DNA of 50,884 nt, taken from the NCBI RefSeq assembly GCF_006345805.1, contig NW_021831896.1:1-50884 (forward strand), in the 5' to 3' direction. The stretch comes from Octopus sinensis. Taxonomy: Eukaryota. The notes under the pieces are model-generated. The model was not told the DNA's origin and ran no database searches. It saw only the letters and a program-made list of their open reading frames with translations. The position numbers and the translations under genes are program-made. This document shows, piece by piece, positions 35,478-47,785 of this stretch (positions are counted from its first letter, which is position 1; each line of letters starts with the position of its first letter).

Positions 35478-35883
35478 TAGGTGCAGGAGTGGCTGTGTGG
35501 TAAGTAGCTTGCTAACCAACCACATGGTTCCGGGTTCAGTCCCACTGCGTGGCATCTTGGGCAAGTGTCTTCTGCTATTGCCCCGGGCCGACCAATGCCT
35601 TGTGAGTGGATTTGATAGACGGAGGCTGAAAGAAGCCTGTCGTATATATGTATATATATATATGTATGTGTGTGTGTTTGTGTGTCTGTGTTTGCTTGAC
35701 AACCGATGCTGGTGTGTTTGCGTCCCTGTCACTTAGCAGTTCAGCAAAAGGAGACCGATAGAATAAGTACTGGGCTTACAAAAAGAATAAGTCCCGGGGT
35801 CGAGTTGCTCGACTAAGGGCGGTGCTCCAGCATGACCGCAGTCAGATGACTGAAACAAGTAAAAGAGTAAAAGAGTAAAAGAG
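35478..35883 (+). mobile_element. S1, full length
   Basis: (AAAAGAGT)n tail; tata at both junctions. Confidence 0.9.
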
Positions 35884-36214
35884 TATACAGGAATGGGAGC
35901 TTCAAATTAAAGATGCAGTGTGACCTTTGTTTGGGCAAAACGTTGAGAATTTCAACTCAGGGTAATTACAGTTTGGACAGGAGAACCAAACTGTTGGTGC
36001 CTTGTATGCATGTGGCTGGGTATCATTTATGTAAATATGTAAATACTAGCCTCAGTGAATTTCGTTGTGGTTCAGAAAAAAAAACGTTAGTTTTGAAATA
36101 TTTTATCAATATATATTTTAATATGAGTGGGTACATGTCTTTGTGTGCATATGTGTGTATATGCATATATGTATATGTATGCATGTACATATAATTCTGT
36201 GTATATATGCGTAT

Positions 36215-36626
36215 ATAGGCGTAGGAGTGGCTGTGTGGTAAGTAGCTTGTTTACCAACCACATGGTTCCGGGTTCAGTCCCACTGCATGGCATCTTGGGT
36301 AAGTGTCTTCTACTATAGCCCCGGGCCGACCAATGCCTTGTGAGTGGATTTGGTAGACGGAAACTGAAAGAAGCCTGTCGTATATATGTATATATATATA
36401 TGTGTTTGTTTGTGTGTCTGTGTTTGTTCCCCTAGCATTGCTTGACAACCGATGCTGGTGTGTTTACGTCCCCGTCACTTAGCGGTTCGGCAAAAAAGAG
36501 ACCGATAGAATAAGTACTGGGCTTACAAAGAATAAGTCCCGGGGTCGAGTTGCTCGATTAAAGGCGGTGCTCCAGCATGGTCGCAGTCAAATGACTGAAA
36601 CAAGTAAAAGAGAAAAAGAGAAAGAG
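36215..36626 (+). mobile_element. S1, full length, close to consensus
   Basis: Retains most CpGs. Confidence 0.9.
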
Positions 36627-36950
36627 AAAATGCACACACACACTCACTGTTTTTAAAAACATTAATAAAAGAATTACTTGAAAGAATTACTTCGAAACAT
36701 TACTTAAACAACAAAGCAATTCTATAACTTTAAGCACATAGAGATTAAGAGGTTTATAACATTACCATGAAAACCAGAAATGAAATAAAAAACACCTGAG
36801 CTTGAAGCAACAGTTTTTGCATAAGACATTCACAAAGGATATTAAACAAAAAAAGCAAAAGGATAAGCAGTTTGTTTTTAAACTTTCATTTCATATTTCA
36901 AAAAAATATTCAAACAGTGAATATTTCAAAAGAAAAACCACCTTGGTCTA

Positions 36951-36988
36951 CCAGCTGATGATCAGAATTGAGTAATACAGAATACTGG
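36951..36988 (+). ncRNA. Degenerate HHR-like motif
   Basis: CCAG-CUGAUGA-UCA gaau UGA-GUA-AU acaga AU-A-CUGG; A13 is changed to U. Confidence 0.35.
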
Positions 36989-37639
36989 AGACTGGAGCCT
37001 TTCAGCGATAACATATTTTATATATATATATATATACATATATGAATGTAATATGTGACAATTATTCGGTAGTATTATACATTTGCAGATAAATTCCTCT
37101 ATTTACATAATATCGAGGTCTCTTTCATTCTTTTGTTGTCTTACCATTTTTATCAATATATATATATATATACACACATGCACGCACACACACACACACA
37201 CTCACACAAACACACACACACACACACACAAACACACACATACAAATACACACACACACATAACATCATAAATGACAGAGAAATAATTTGATGAAATTTT
37301 TTATTTAACAATAAGAAAATTCTAATGTCACAACAAATTGTTTCAAAACTTAAAAGGATGTAAATAAATTATATTATTATATTTAATAATAAATAAATCG
37401 CTTTCATGTCTGCATTAATGCAAAATGCAAAGAATCCTTCAAAACAATGCAGAATTGAAGCTATGTCTTCGAATGAAAGAAAGCCTCTGTCAGTTATGAT
37501 TTTATACACACCTTACAGTTTCCTCTCATATCATACTGTATATATTTTATGTGGTTTGTAGTACTTTACATTAAGGAGCTTTTTCGTATGAGTACTACTA
37601 GATTACTTGAATCCATATATTGTGACTTGAATTAAATCT

Positions 37640-37735
37640 ATCTATCTATCTTTCTATCTATCTATCTATCTATCTATTATCTATCTATCGATCGATCGAT
37701 CGATCTATCTATCTATCGATCTATCTATCTATCTA

Positions 37736-37810
<75 letters not shown>

Positions 37811-37884
37811 ATCTATCTATCTATCTATCTCTATCTATCTATCTAGCTATCTCTCTATCTATCTATCTATCATCTATTTATCTG

Positions 37885-37919
<35 letters not shown>

Positions 37920-37935
37920 ATCTTTCTATCTATCT
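37640..37935. repeat. (CTAT)n microsatellite
   Basis: Direct reading. Confidence 0.9.
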
Positions 37936-37945
37936 AAGTTAATAA

Positions 37946-38100
37946 ATAACAAAGGAAGACAGAAGATGGAATATACAAGAATATATATTAATCACAACAA
38001 TTGTTTCCACACATCTAGCATCGACTCCTCTTGTGTTGAAACAATTGTTGTGATTAATATATATTCGCGTATATTCCATCTTCTGTCTTTCCTTTGTTAT
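37946..38100. mobile_element. Inverted repeat with ~62 bp arms (family D), each arm carrying an HHR-like 3' half
   Basis: GAA-ACAAUUGU-U-GUGAUU on both arms; 30 nt spacer. Confidence 0.65.
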
Positions 38101-38166
38101 TTATATATTTAGATAGATAGATAGATATAAATATAGATATATATATAGATATGTTTAAGTCAAGTC

Positions 38167-38205
<39 letters not shown>

Positions 38206-38274
38206 TATATATATAAATATACACACACACACAAAGAGGGAGAGAGAGGGGGGGGGCCAACCGTGCTGGTGGCA

Positions 38275-38465
38275 TGTAAAAGGCACCTGTGCCCAGGACA
38301 TGTAAAAGACACCCAGTATGGAATGTTTAGTGGTTGCTGTCAGGAAGGGTATCCAGCTGTAGAAATCATGACAAAACCCAAGACTGGAGCACGGTACAGC
38401 TCTCCAATATTCCAGTTCTAGTCAAACTGTCTAACCCGCATCATGGAAAACATCATAATTATGAT
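38275..38465 (+). mobile_element. S3, diverged
   Basis: gtcaggaagggtatccagctgtagaaa...catggaaaac. Confidence 0.65.
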
Positions 38466-38569
38466 GTGTGTGTGTGTGTGTGTGTGTGTGTATACGTACG
38501 TATACACACATAGACGCAATACATACACGATTGTTCCCTCTCTCCCTCCCTTCTACCTCATTATTATAT

Positions 38570-38853
38570 GAAGGGCAAGATCTCAGTGTTTGTACTGCTC
38601 AAAACTGAAACTACTAAATTTCTCCAGTTTGCTGGACATTGTTGTAGAGCTGAAAACGAGGTAATTTCTACGCTTCTCCTCCGGAAGCCATCTACTCGCA
38701 ACACCAGAGGGCGCACACTCTCCTACCGATGTAATCTCCAGGGATACAGGCATCCAGCAACAGGACCTCCGTAATGCTATGATGGAGCGTGAAGTCTGGC
38801 GTAGCATGGTAAATTCCATTGTCTCGACCACGGTCAAAGAATGATGATGATGA
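38570..38853 (+). mobile_element. RTE/RTE-X-type LINE 3' end
   Basis: QFAGHCCRAENEVISTLLL.KP...RGRTLSY then, after a frameshift, DVISRDTGIQQQDLRNAMMEREVWR; (TGA)n tail. Confidence 0.75.
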
Positions 38854-38922
38854 AACTTCTCTACACAAACTGAAATTTTCTGAACTGATTCTCTAGAAAC
38901 CAACTCCTGACCTAAACAACCT

Positions 38923-38954
<32 letters not shown>

Positions 38955-38957
<3 letters not shown>

Positions 38958-39131
38958 CGGGAAGCTTTATGAAAATAAACAAAAGACGAAGGCAGGTGGA
39001 GTACAAACAAACAATTGTATTAGTATGGCGCTCAGGAATAGAAATAGAACAAGTCTTTTACGTTTCGAGCCTACGCTCTTCAACAGAAAGATACACAGAA
39101 AAGAAACACGGAGAGAAACAAGGAGAGAAAA
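38955..39131 (-). mobile_element. PLE family A with HHR variant at 39055-39090
   Basis: Reverse complement reads cttt-ctgttga-a-gagc gtag gctc-gaa-acgt-a-aaag. Confidence 0.8.
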
Positions 39132-39698
39132 TATATATATATATGTGTGTGTGTGAGTGTGTATCTCTCCACAATATACATTCTGCATCTCACACATGAC
39201 AACATCTCAATCACCTCAATATATATCGTTGCTACATCACTGCAATCCTACACTAACCAATAAGGTATCTATCTTCTAATAAATCCACCAAAAGTTTTAT
39301 CTTTTGCTCTCAACATTTTCCTTAGAAATTTCTTTTTTTTTTTTGCCCACGTTTTTATTTTGTTTGTTTTTATTGAGTGTAAGACCAGAATAGTGAGCTT
39401 TTAGGAAAGCAGACATTCTCATAAAAGTATTCTCATTGAATATTCCAACATGAAGGAGAGGAATGATTCACTGATCAGCTACAAAGAATAATACATTTTG
39501 AATGTTCAGAATCCGTAAGCATATGTAAATGTCTAGCTATTATTATAACGTTTTTTTATGAATTACTTCTTGTTACCGTTTACCCTTGTAGCAGCAACAT
39601 CTCTGCAACATTTATCTCGCATAACAAATGGAAGCCATATTAGTACAATAAAGTGAACCCCAAACAAACTTGAAGCAGTTCATAGTTACCACCACATA

Positions 39699-39952
39699 GT
39701 GGAGACACATGGCCTAGTGGTTAGAGCAGCGGACTCGTGGTCAAGGGATTGCGGGTTCGAATCTCAGACCAAGCGATGTGTGTGTTTATGAGCGAAACAC
39801 TTAAGCTCCACACAACTCCGGCAGAAGGTAATGGCGAACTACTGCTGACTCTTTCGCCACAACTTTCTCTCACTCTTTCTTCCTGCATCTTGCAACTCAC
39901 CTGCGATGGACTGGCATCCCATCCAGGTGGGGAACCCATACGCCAACGAAAC
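39699..39952 (+). mobile_element. tRNA-derived SINE, S4-related
   Basis: A box TGGCCTAGTGG, B box GGTTCGAATC; tail cctgcgatggactggcatcccatccagg. Confidence 0.8.
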
Positions 39953-40010
39953 AGCATTAATATTCAACAGACAAAAGTTGGGCAAAATACTTAGCAGCAA
40001 TTCATTCATT

Positions 40011-40238
40011 ACTCTTTACTCTTTACTCTTTTACTTGTTTCAGTCATTTGACTGCGGCCATGCTGGAGCACTGCCTTTAGTCGAACAAATCGACCCCAGG
40101 ACTTATTTTTTGTAAGCCTAGTACTTATTCTATCAGTCACTTTTGCCAAACCGCTAAGTTACGGAGACTTGAACACACCGACAAAGGGTGTCAAGCAATG
40201 GTGGGGGGACAGACAGACACACACACACAAACACACAC

Positions 40239-40274
<36 letters not shown>

Positions 40275-40442
40275 GCGATGGGCTTCTTTCAGTTTCCGTC
40301 TACCAAATCCACTCACAAGGCTTTGGCCGGCATGAGGCTAAAGCAGAAGACACTTTCCCAAGGTACCACGCAATGGGACTGAACCCGGAACCATGTGGTT
40401 GGTAAGCAAGCTACTCACCACATAGCTGCTCCTGCGCCTATA
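40011..40442 (-). mobile_element. S1, full length
   Basis: Reverse complement of the consensus. Confidence 0.9.
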
Positions 40443-40509
40443 GCACAACATTTATTGTTAACTATTTCTAGCTTTGGGTTTAGATCAAATGGAGGGAAAA
40501 GTATTTTAA

Positions 40510-40729
40510 CCCTTTCGTTACTGTATTTATTTTGAGATGCTCTGTGTTTCTTTCAATTACTTTAAATATAACAAAGAATTTAGTAAAATAACTTAGTTAT
40601 CATTCAGCTAGTGTTAGGAACATGAATCGTGACTAAGGTTTGGTGTAAAAGTTTAATTTAGAACTTTTGAAAACAAGACATTTGTACTCGGAACTAGAGC
40701 CGGTTTCAGCCAGGTTGGTAATGAAAGGG
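40510..40729. mobile_element. piggyBac-type MITE, 220 bp
   Basis: TTAA at 40506-40509 and 40730-40733; TIRs CCCTTTCGTTAC / GTAATGAAAGGG (11/12 match). Confidence 0.85.
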
Positions 40730-40872
40730 TTAAAGATGGTCTTTTAGTATTGTCCCAGTCTGTCGAAGACATTTTTCCAGTTTCCAGGAATTGTGTTATG
40801 CAAAACTTGTTGCAATCAACAAACTCTGTTCTTCATTCGGATAATTTTAGTGTTTTATCTATGTTGCTGTAT

Positions 40873-41136
40873 GTGAAGGTGTATAGCTCAGTGGTTAGAG
40901 CATTCAGCTTACAATCATGAGGTTGTGAGTTCAAATCCCAGACTGGGTTGCGTGTTATGTTCTCGAGCATGACACTTTATTTCATGTTGCTCCAGTTTAC
41001 TCTGTTGTAGAAATGAGTGCCAAGCTGTATCAGCCTTTGCCTCTCCCTTAGACAAAAACCTTGGACTTGTGCCTCAGAGGGAAACTTTCTAGGTGCAATC
41101 TCATGGTGATTTATAATCAGAGGGAGTCTTTACCCT
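40873..41136 (+). mobile_element. S4
   Basis: tagctcagtggttagagc...gagttcaaatccc...gagcatgacacttt...gctccagt. Confidence 0.75.
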
Positions 41137-42320
41137 TATGTGAGTTGTTGTGTATGTGGCATATGGCTGTGGCATATGTACAGCCTGTGGTGATATATAG
41201 TACATTGTTTTATCTAGTTTGGGGACTCATCATAGTAAATGTTGGGTCTAATGTCTTGTTTGTAGAATATTGGTTTCAAATTTTGACACAAGGCCAGCAA
41301 TTTTGGTGGAAAGATTTCGGTCAATTACATGGTCGCAGTCAAACGACTGAAACAATTAAAAGAGTAAATAAAAGAAATAAAATAAGCAGCAGAAGTGATA
41401 CAGACAACCATCAAGGCAGGGATGCATACCACCACATCACACTAGGGATTTAGGGGAACAGCAATACCCAAGCTTTTTCTCTCTTTTTCTCTCTCTTTCT
41501 CTTGTCCCCGTTTTTGCTCTCTCTCTCTCCTGCTCTCTCTTTTACTCTTTCTCTCCTTTTCATGCTGACTAGGCATTACTTACCTAAACTATGACCACCA
41601 CCCCCCATACAAGACTCCACCTATCAGAAATAGCAGCCAAATCTCCAGCAAGTTATACATTACCATTTGCAAAACAAAAAAAAAAAGATAGGAGAATGCA
41701 TAACACTAGACACAACAACAACAAGAATAATAACATTAACAACAACAACAACTACAAAAAAAGTTACAAGACAGCAAAAACAACAACAACACCAACAAAA
41801 ACAACAATACTAGTAATTATAGTTGTTGTATGAATTCCAACAGACAATAAGATATTTCCGACTGAAATGGAGAAATTATCCGAATATAAAGGATCTGGAA
41901 ATAGAAATAAACAGCGGTGGGAGTAATGTGGATGGAGAAAACAATCTGAGAAATAATTGGTATCTTGGGAATAATTCTAAAAACATGCAGACATTATAAC
42001 TGGGCCCTACACATACACAAAAAAAACCCATCTCTCCCTTTATCTCTTTCTTTCTCCCTGCATGTGTATGTATGTATATATATATATATATTATATACTA
42101 TATCTATATATATATATGTATGTGTATATATACATATGTATATATATATATATGTGTATATATATATATATATATATAATATATATATATATATATGTGT
42201 ATATATACATATGTATATATATATATATATATGTGTGTATATATATATATATATTATAATATATATATATATATATAATATGTATATATAGTAGATATAT
42301 ATATATAAAATATATATATG

Positions 42321-42369
<49 letters not shown>

Positions 42370-42423
42370 ATATATATGTATATATATATATATGTATATG
42401 TATTTATATGTATTATATATGTG

Positions 42424-42462
<39 letters not shown>

Positions 42463-42463
42463 A

Positions 42464-42494
<31 letters not shown>

Positions 42495-42496
<2 letters not shown>

Positions 42497-42695
42497 GGGA
42501 TAGTTTATGAAAAAAAACAAAAGACGAAGACAGGTGGTGTACGAAACAAACAGATGTATTAGTATTATGCTCAGGAATAGAAAAAGTCTTTTACGTTTCG
42601 AGCCTACGCTCTTCTACAGAAAGGGACACAGAAAAAACAAGGAGAGAAACAAAGAGAGAAAAAAATGTGTGTAGTGGCTAACGATCTATCATGGC
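42495..42695 (-). mobile_element. PLE family A with HHR variant at 42588-42623
   Basis: Reverse complement reads cttt-ctgtaga-a-gagc gtag gctc-gaa-acgt-a-aaag. Confidence 0.8.
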
Positions 42696-42755
42696 AATAT
42701 ATATATATATATATTTAGATAGATAAGATAGATAGATACAGATATGGATATATAC

Positions 42756-42801
<46 letters not shown>

Positions 42802-42854
42802 GATATATATATATAGATATATATATATAATATATATATATATATATAGATAGA

Positions 42855-42891
<37 letters not shown>

Positions 42892-43299
42892 ATGTATATA
42901 TATTATGTCATACAAAAATGTTGTTGACAGTGACTTTGAAGTTTTTGGCCAGCTAAGACATTGTTGAACTGCCATTCAAAAGTATAGAGTAACGCATCAG
43001 ATTAATATGAAATTGTTTTTATGACAATGTAAAAACAAACATATACATGTGTATATATATATATATATATAATCATTACATCAATTTAGATGCAGTGCCA
43101 TCTTCAGCTGCACAAATAAATAAATAGAATTTTAACAAGTAGGACACATTGATATGATTTTTCACAAATACTTTAACACATATATATATATAAGAAGAGT
43201 GTTTATAATTATGAATAAATCACAATTATAATGAAGAGGGTTGCAAAAAATTTGCCATGGCTCGATTTACTGGTCTTTTCTCATAAACACTGTGCATGA

Positions 43300-43460
43300 C
43301 TCTGCTGTGTCTGAGGAAAGTCATTTCCTTTTTGTGACTTATAATTTAACACACTCACCAGTAGAATTTCCACTTATTTCTTATTTTTATTTTCCTAAAA
43401 TTTTCATTTCGTCTTGCAACCTGATTCTGTCTGTTATTTACCCTGCGTTCCTTTTTGTTT
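43300..43460 (-). mobile_element. Family I copy
   Basis: Homologous to 14181-14330, including the downstream TG-rich sequence. Confidence 0.6.
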
Positions 43461-44424
43461 GTTTGTGCGTATGTGTGTGGATCAGTGTGTGTGCGTGTGC
43501 CTATGCATGTATGTATGCATGTGTGTGCATGTATATATGTGTGTGTATGCATATGTATATATGTATGTATGCATGTGCATCTGTATGTATGTATTCTGCA
43601 TATTCATGTGCTTGCATGTCCATGTTTGTGTATTTTTTATTTAAGTGTGTGTGTGTGTGCATGTGTTTGTATATGTATGCACCTCTGTCTCCCTGTGTGT
43701 GCATGTCTGTGTGTGTGTGTGTGGTGTGTGTGTGTGTGTGTTTTGCAACTATGTACCGTGTTTGTATGTATGGATGTGCATCTCTATATATGTGGACACA
43801 TGTCTCCATATGCATCCTTGTGTGATGTAAAGTGTGTGTGTGTATATGGTCCTGTGTTTCAGTCTCCATTTGCACATGCGTGATTGTCTGTTCATATTGG
43901 AATTCAGAATTTGCACATGTGGATAGAGGTTGACACATTATTCTTGCCAGTTGGGATTCATCTAAGTCCCAAGCTAGGATTCTGTATCAGTTTGTATCTG
44001 TTGGAATATTCTCCTGATGAGAGAAATGGAACTTGTTTCCGTTATTTTACAACATGGTACATAATATGGTACAATAGATTCCTAACCTCGAAATTGCAAT
44101 AAAGAATTAACCTTTCATTTTTAAATTGTGGATTTTAGATGTCATGTCGCTTGCAGACAGCTTTATTCTGAGGAAACATAATATGAGTAAAAATAGTGAT
44201 TAGTGGTTTTTGACTGCTATTTCTAGACATGTAAGGGTTTTTGCAACCCTCTCCCTTATAACTGTGATTTATTCATAATTATAAACACTCTTCTTTTTCT
44301 GTAATATATGATTACATGTTTGGCAAATGACATTCATAAATGATTATTCGTTGTTTATGATATATCCTTCGTAATGTATTATTACATTCCTTTTTAATTA
44401 TGTAGATATAAATGTATATATATA

Positions 44425-44493
<69 letters not shown>

Positions 44494-44550
44494 TATGGAG
44501 ATCTACTTGTATAGTGAGTGATTTGATCTGAGATTGTGTGCTGAAATGAA

Positions 44551-44788
44551 AACAATTGCAGCTTGGAAGGTGTTTATAAGCCATTTAAGAAACACACAAA
44601 AACCGTTAGATTCACTTCAACATTTAAATTTAATTTGTCAAAATATTTTCGTCGCTTTGTCAATGAACAGGTCACGGGCTCAAAGTGATGAAAATATTTT
44701 GACAAATTAAATTTAAATGTTGAAGTGAATCTAATGGTTTTGTGTATTTCTTAAATGGCTTATAAACACCTTCCATGCTGCAATTGTT
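44551..44788. mobile_element. Inverted repeat with ~108 bp arms and 21 nt spacer (family C)
   Basis: 44551-44659 versus the reverse complement of 44681-44788, few mismatches. Confidence 0.8.
44656..44706 (+). ncRNA. HHR-architecture motif with non-canonical core AUGAACA
   Basis: UUUGUCA-AUGAACA-G-GUCAC gggcucaaa GUGAU-GAA-AAUAUU-U-UGACAAA. Confidence 0.5.
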
Positions 44789-45457
44789 ATATATATATAT
44801 GTATGTATGTATGTTGTATGTATATATGTATATATATATGTATATATATATACATATGTATATGTATGTATGTATGTATATGTATACACACACACATACA
44901 TGCACACACATACACATACACATACATACACATATACAATTACTCATACACATGCATATACGCATGCATATATGCAACACCCATCATACAAATAAAAAAC
45001 ATCACTAGGTACTTGTACCAACAGAATTTGCTCTCGTAAAATTGACAACCAATGATCAATGATGTTCCAACCATCTTTTTGTATATCAAGGACAAATTTT
45101 TTTCAAAGAATCTTTCACCATTGATGGCAGGGGATGAATTCAATGAAGTTTGGCTTCTATTTCTAACAAGAACCGTGTAAAATATTCCTTGTTGATTTCT
45201 GTATATCTGTGTGTGTTTGTGTGCGTATGAATGTACTGATGTATGTGTATGTGTGTATGTGTGCATATGTGTGCATATGTGTATCTGTGTGTGTCTGTAA
45301 AGTGTATCTGTGTGTGTCTGTGTAAAGAGTATCTGTGTGTGTATGTGTGCATATGTGTATCTGTGTGTGTCTGTGTAAAGCTATGACAAATACAATAATC
45401 AGCTATTTATGAAGGTTTTCTTTCTTTTTCGAATCTGTGGAACTTCTGCAGGAAGAT

Positions 45458-45570
45458 CCCAGTCACACTTAGATTCTGCATCTCCAGTATGGAACCCATT
45501 CTTGTCCAGACTATCACTCTACTGGAAGATATTCAGAGATGTACAACAAGACAAATACCTTCTGTTAATC
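45458..45570 (+). mobile_element. CR1/L2-type LINE RT C-terminal fragment
   Basis: SHLDSASPVWNPFLSR then, after a frameshift, ITLLEDIQRCTTRQIP; resembles HLEYA.PVW.P...DI..LE.VQRRAT..IP. Confidence 0.6.
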
Positions 45571-45597
45571 ACCATATTTTCAATATATTCTTTTCTA

Positions 45598-45805
45598 CTC
45601 TAGGAACAAGGCTTGAAATTTTTGGGGAGGGGGCCAGTTGATTAGATCGATCCCAGTACACAACTGCAACCTAATTTACTGATCCTGAAAGGATGAAAGA
45701 CAAAGTTGACCTCAGCAGAATTTGAACTCAGGATGTAAAGACAGATGAAATACCACTAAGCATTTCGCCCTGCGTGCTAGCGTTTCTGCCAGCCCACTGC
45801 CTTAA
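45598..45805 (-). mobile_element. S2
   Basis: Reverse complement of the S2 consensus. Confidence 0.75.
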
Positions 45806-45942
45806 TATTTTGAATATATTGCTTCTCTTGGCATAGACATGCTAAACTTTGATGATTAGCGGCTGATTTGATAGAATCCCACAAAATTATCCACCATCTT
45901 TCAAACAACAACTTCCACCCCCTTTCAGAATTCTTCCACCCA

Positions 45943-46203
45943 AAAGGTGAGGAGCTTGCAAAATCATTAGCACACCAGGTGAAATGCTTAACATCATTTC
46001 ATCCGTCTTTACATTCTGAGTTCAAATTACATCGAGGTCAACTTTCTCTTTCATCATTTCAAGGTCACTAAAACAAGTACTAGTTGAGCTTCATAAAATG
46101 GGTGGGGTGATAAATTAAGTACCAGTCAGGTACTGGGGTTGATATAATTAACTAGCCTCCACCCACAAAACTTTAGGTCTTGTGCCTATAGTAGAAAGGA
46201 TTA
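45943..46203 (+). mobile_element. S2 with partly duplicated central domain
   Basis: aaacaagtactagttgag...gataaattaagtaccagtc. Confidence 0.7.
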
Positions 46204-46254
46204 TTATTATCCTTATCATTATTATTGTTATTGGTCCCTGAATAAGGTTTGTTT

Positions 46255-46569
46255 AAGGATGATGAATGAAGCACCCATGTTTCCAAGGGTGAATTATCCA
46301 AACTCCAAAGAATCCCTCTCAACACATGGCTATGATGTTCCCCAACTACTCCTGCTCGTGATCAGAGATGCACATATCTTCAGCCACTAAGGGACATGCT
46401 CTAATTGTTAAGGTCAAACAACTGACAAGCAAATCTGTGGTATGGAGCAGAATATTTGCTGTAGCCCATCTTTTTATACCAAGACAAAACAATGTACATG
46501 ATAACACTTCCAATCAGTTAAGATCAGAAGCCACAAGAGCCACTGCCTGGTACTTCATCAGGGCATATA

Positions 46570-46631
<62 letters not shown>

Positions 46632-46635
46632 CATT
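46255..46635 (+). mobile_element. Unclassified retroposon 3' end with (ATT)n tail
   Basis: Complex sequence ending cagggcata followed by (TAT)n. Confidence 0.45.
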
Positions 46636-46919
46636 ATTCTATGTTTGACTTTTGCTTTATATTTGTGCAAGTTGGCTCCAAGTCTCACCCAGACACCTCA
46701 AGAGACAACAGGTTGGAAGTTCACGTTGTTGTTATGCTTAGTGTGCCATATATTTGGGGGTTTTTTGTGTTGTACTAGTGAATGTCTAATAAATAAATAA
46801 TTAAAAAAAAATAATTAAATAAATAAAAAACTAAATAAATGAATAAAAATTGTTTGTTTTAAACCTTGAGATTACATAGAAAGTATTTTGCGTAGGATAT
46901 GAGCAGTTCCCTATTGTTA

Positions 46920-46962
<43 letters not shown>

Positions 46963-47475
46963 CATTATTATTATTATTATTATACATACACATGTAAAAT
47001 ACTCACATATGCACATTTAAACCCATGCATATATACATTATACATAGGCATATGTATACAGATATATTAATCCATACACTCATATACACACATCAAAGCA
47101 TACGTGCATATATGCATGCGAATACATACATACTTATGCATATATACATAATCATGTCCTGAAAGTCATGTGTCTGGAATGCTCATGTAAACCTTATGGG
47201 AGACAACACTGCCCTCTGCTGGAATGTCAAAGAAATACAACAGTCAGGGAGATTGTCTGCCTGTCTGTGTGTCAGTTTGTCTGGTTATTTATTGGGGGGT
47301 GGGGTCGATGGCTATTTGTGGGTGTTAGCAGTAGTAGTGGTGGTGGTGGTGGTGGTGGTGGTGATTTAGGAGGTGCCTGTGTTGATCTGGGCAGTACAAA
47401 TATCTGACTGACTGCCAGTGTGTGTGTGTGTATGTGTGTGTTTATGTGTGTGCGTGTGTGTGTGTGCATGTGTGT

Positions 47476-47520
<45 letters not shown>

Positions 47521-47526
<6 letters not shown>

Positions 47527-47730
47527 CAAAGTAAACTCCAAATGGTTGTGGTGAAAACAGTTGGTTTTGCAGACCAAAAATTAGAATTGATTTATATATA
47601 GATATGTGTGTGTGTGTGTGGTGTGTGTGTGTGTGTGTGTATATATGCAAAGTAAACTCCAAATGGTTGTGGTGAAAACAGTTGGTTTTGCAGACCAAAA
47701 ATTAGAATTGATTTATATATAGATATGTGT
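47521..47730. repeat. Tandem duplication with 121 bp period
   Basis: About 85 bp identical at 47521 and 47642, separated by (TG)n. Confidence 0.9.
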
Positions 47731-47752
47731 GTGTGTGTGTGTGTTGTGTGTG

Positions 47753-47785
<33 letters not shown>

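Larger units (their letters stand above)
34170..36050 (+). pseudogene. Penelope-like element ORF relic (RT C-terminus, linker, GIY-YIG), split by three SINEs
   Basis: HISKRL|YSLYSDKDAF...YYNEALRNSGF...RNRKRDIIWYNP; NRNCVKVSYS; CPLNSNCL..LIVNSAKV...KIYITAT..TFK; LSTFIWLL; YRNGS...CDLCL...; the reading frame rejoins across the SINE TSDs. Confidence 0.8.

Noticed and set aside
39699-39770. Possible tRNA gene
   Set aside because: A and B boxes are present, but I could not form a proper acceptor stem, and it continues into a SINE body and tail.
44164-44200. CUGAGGA with possible helices I and II
   Set aside because: GAAA and helix III are missing; too degenerate for AT-rich sequence.
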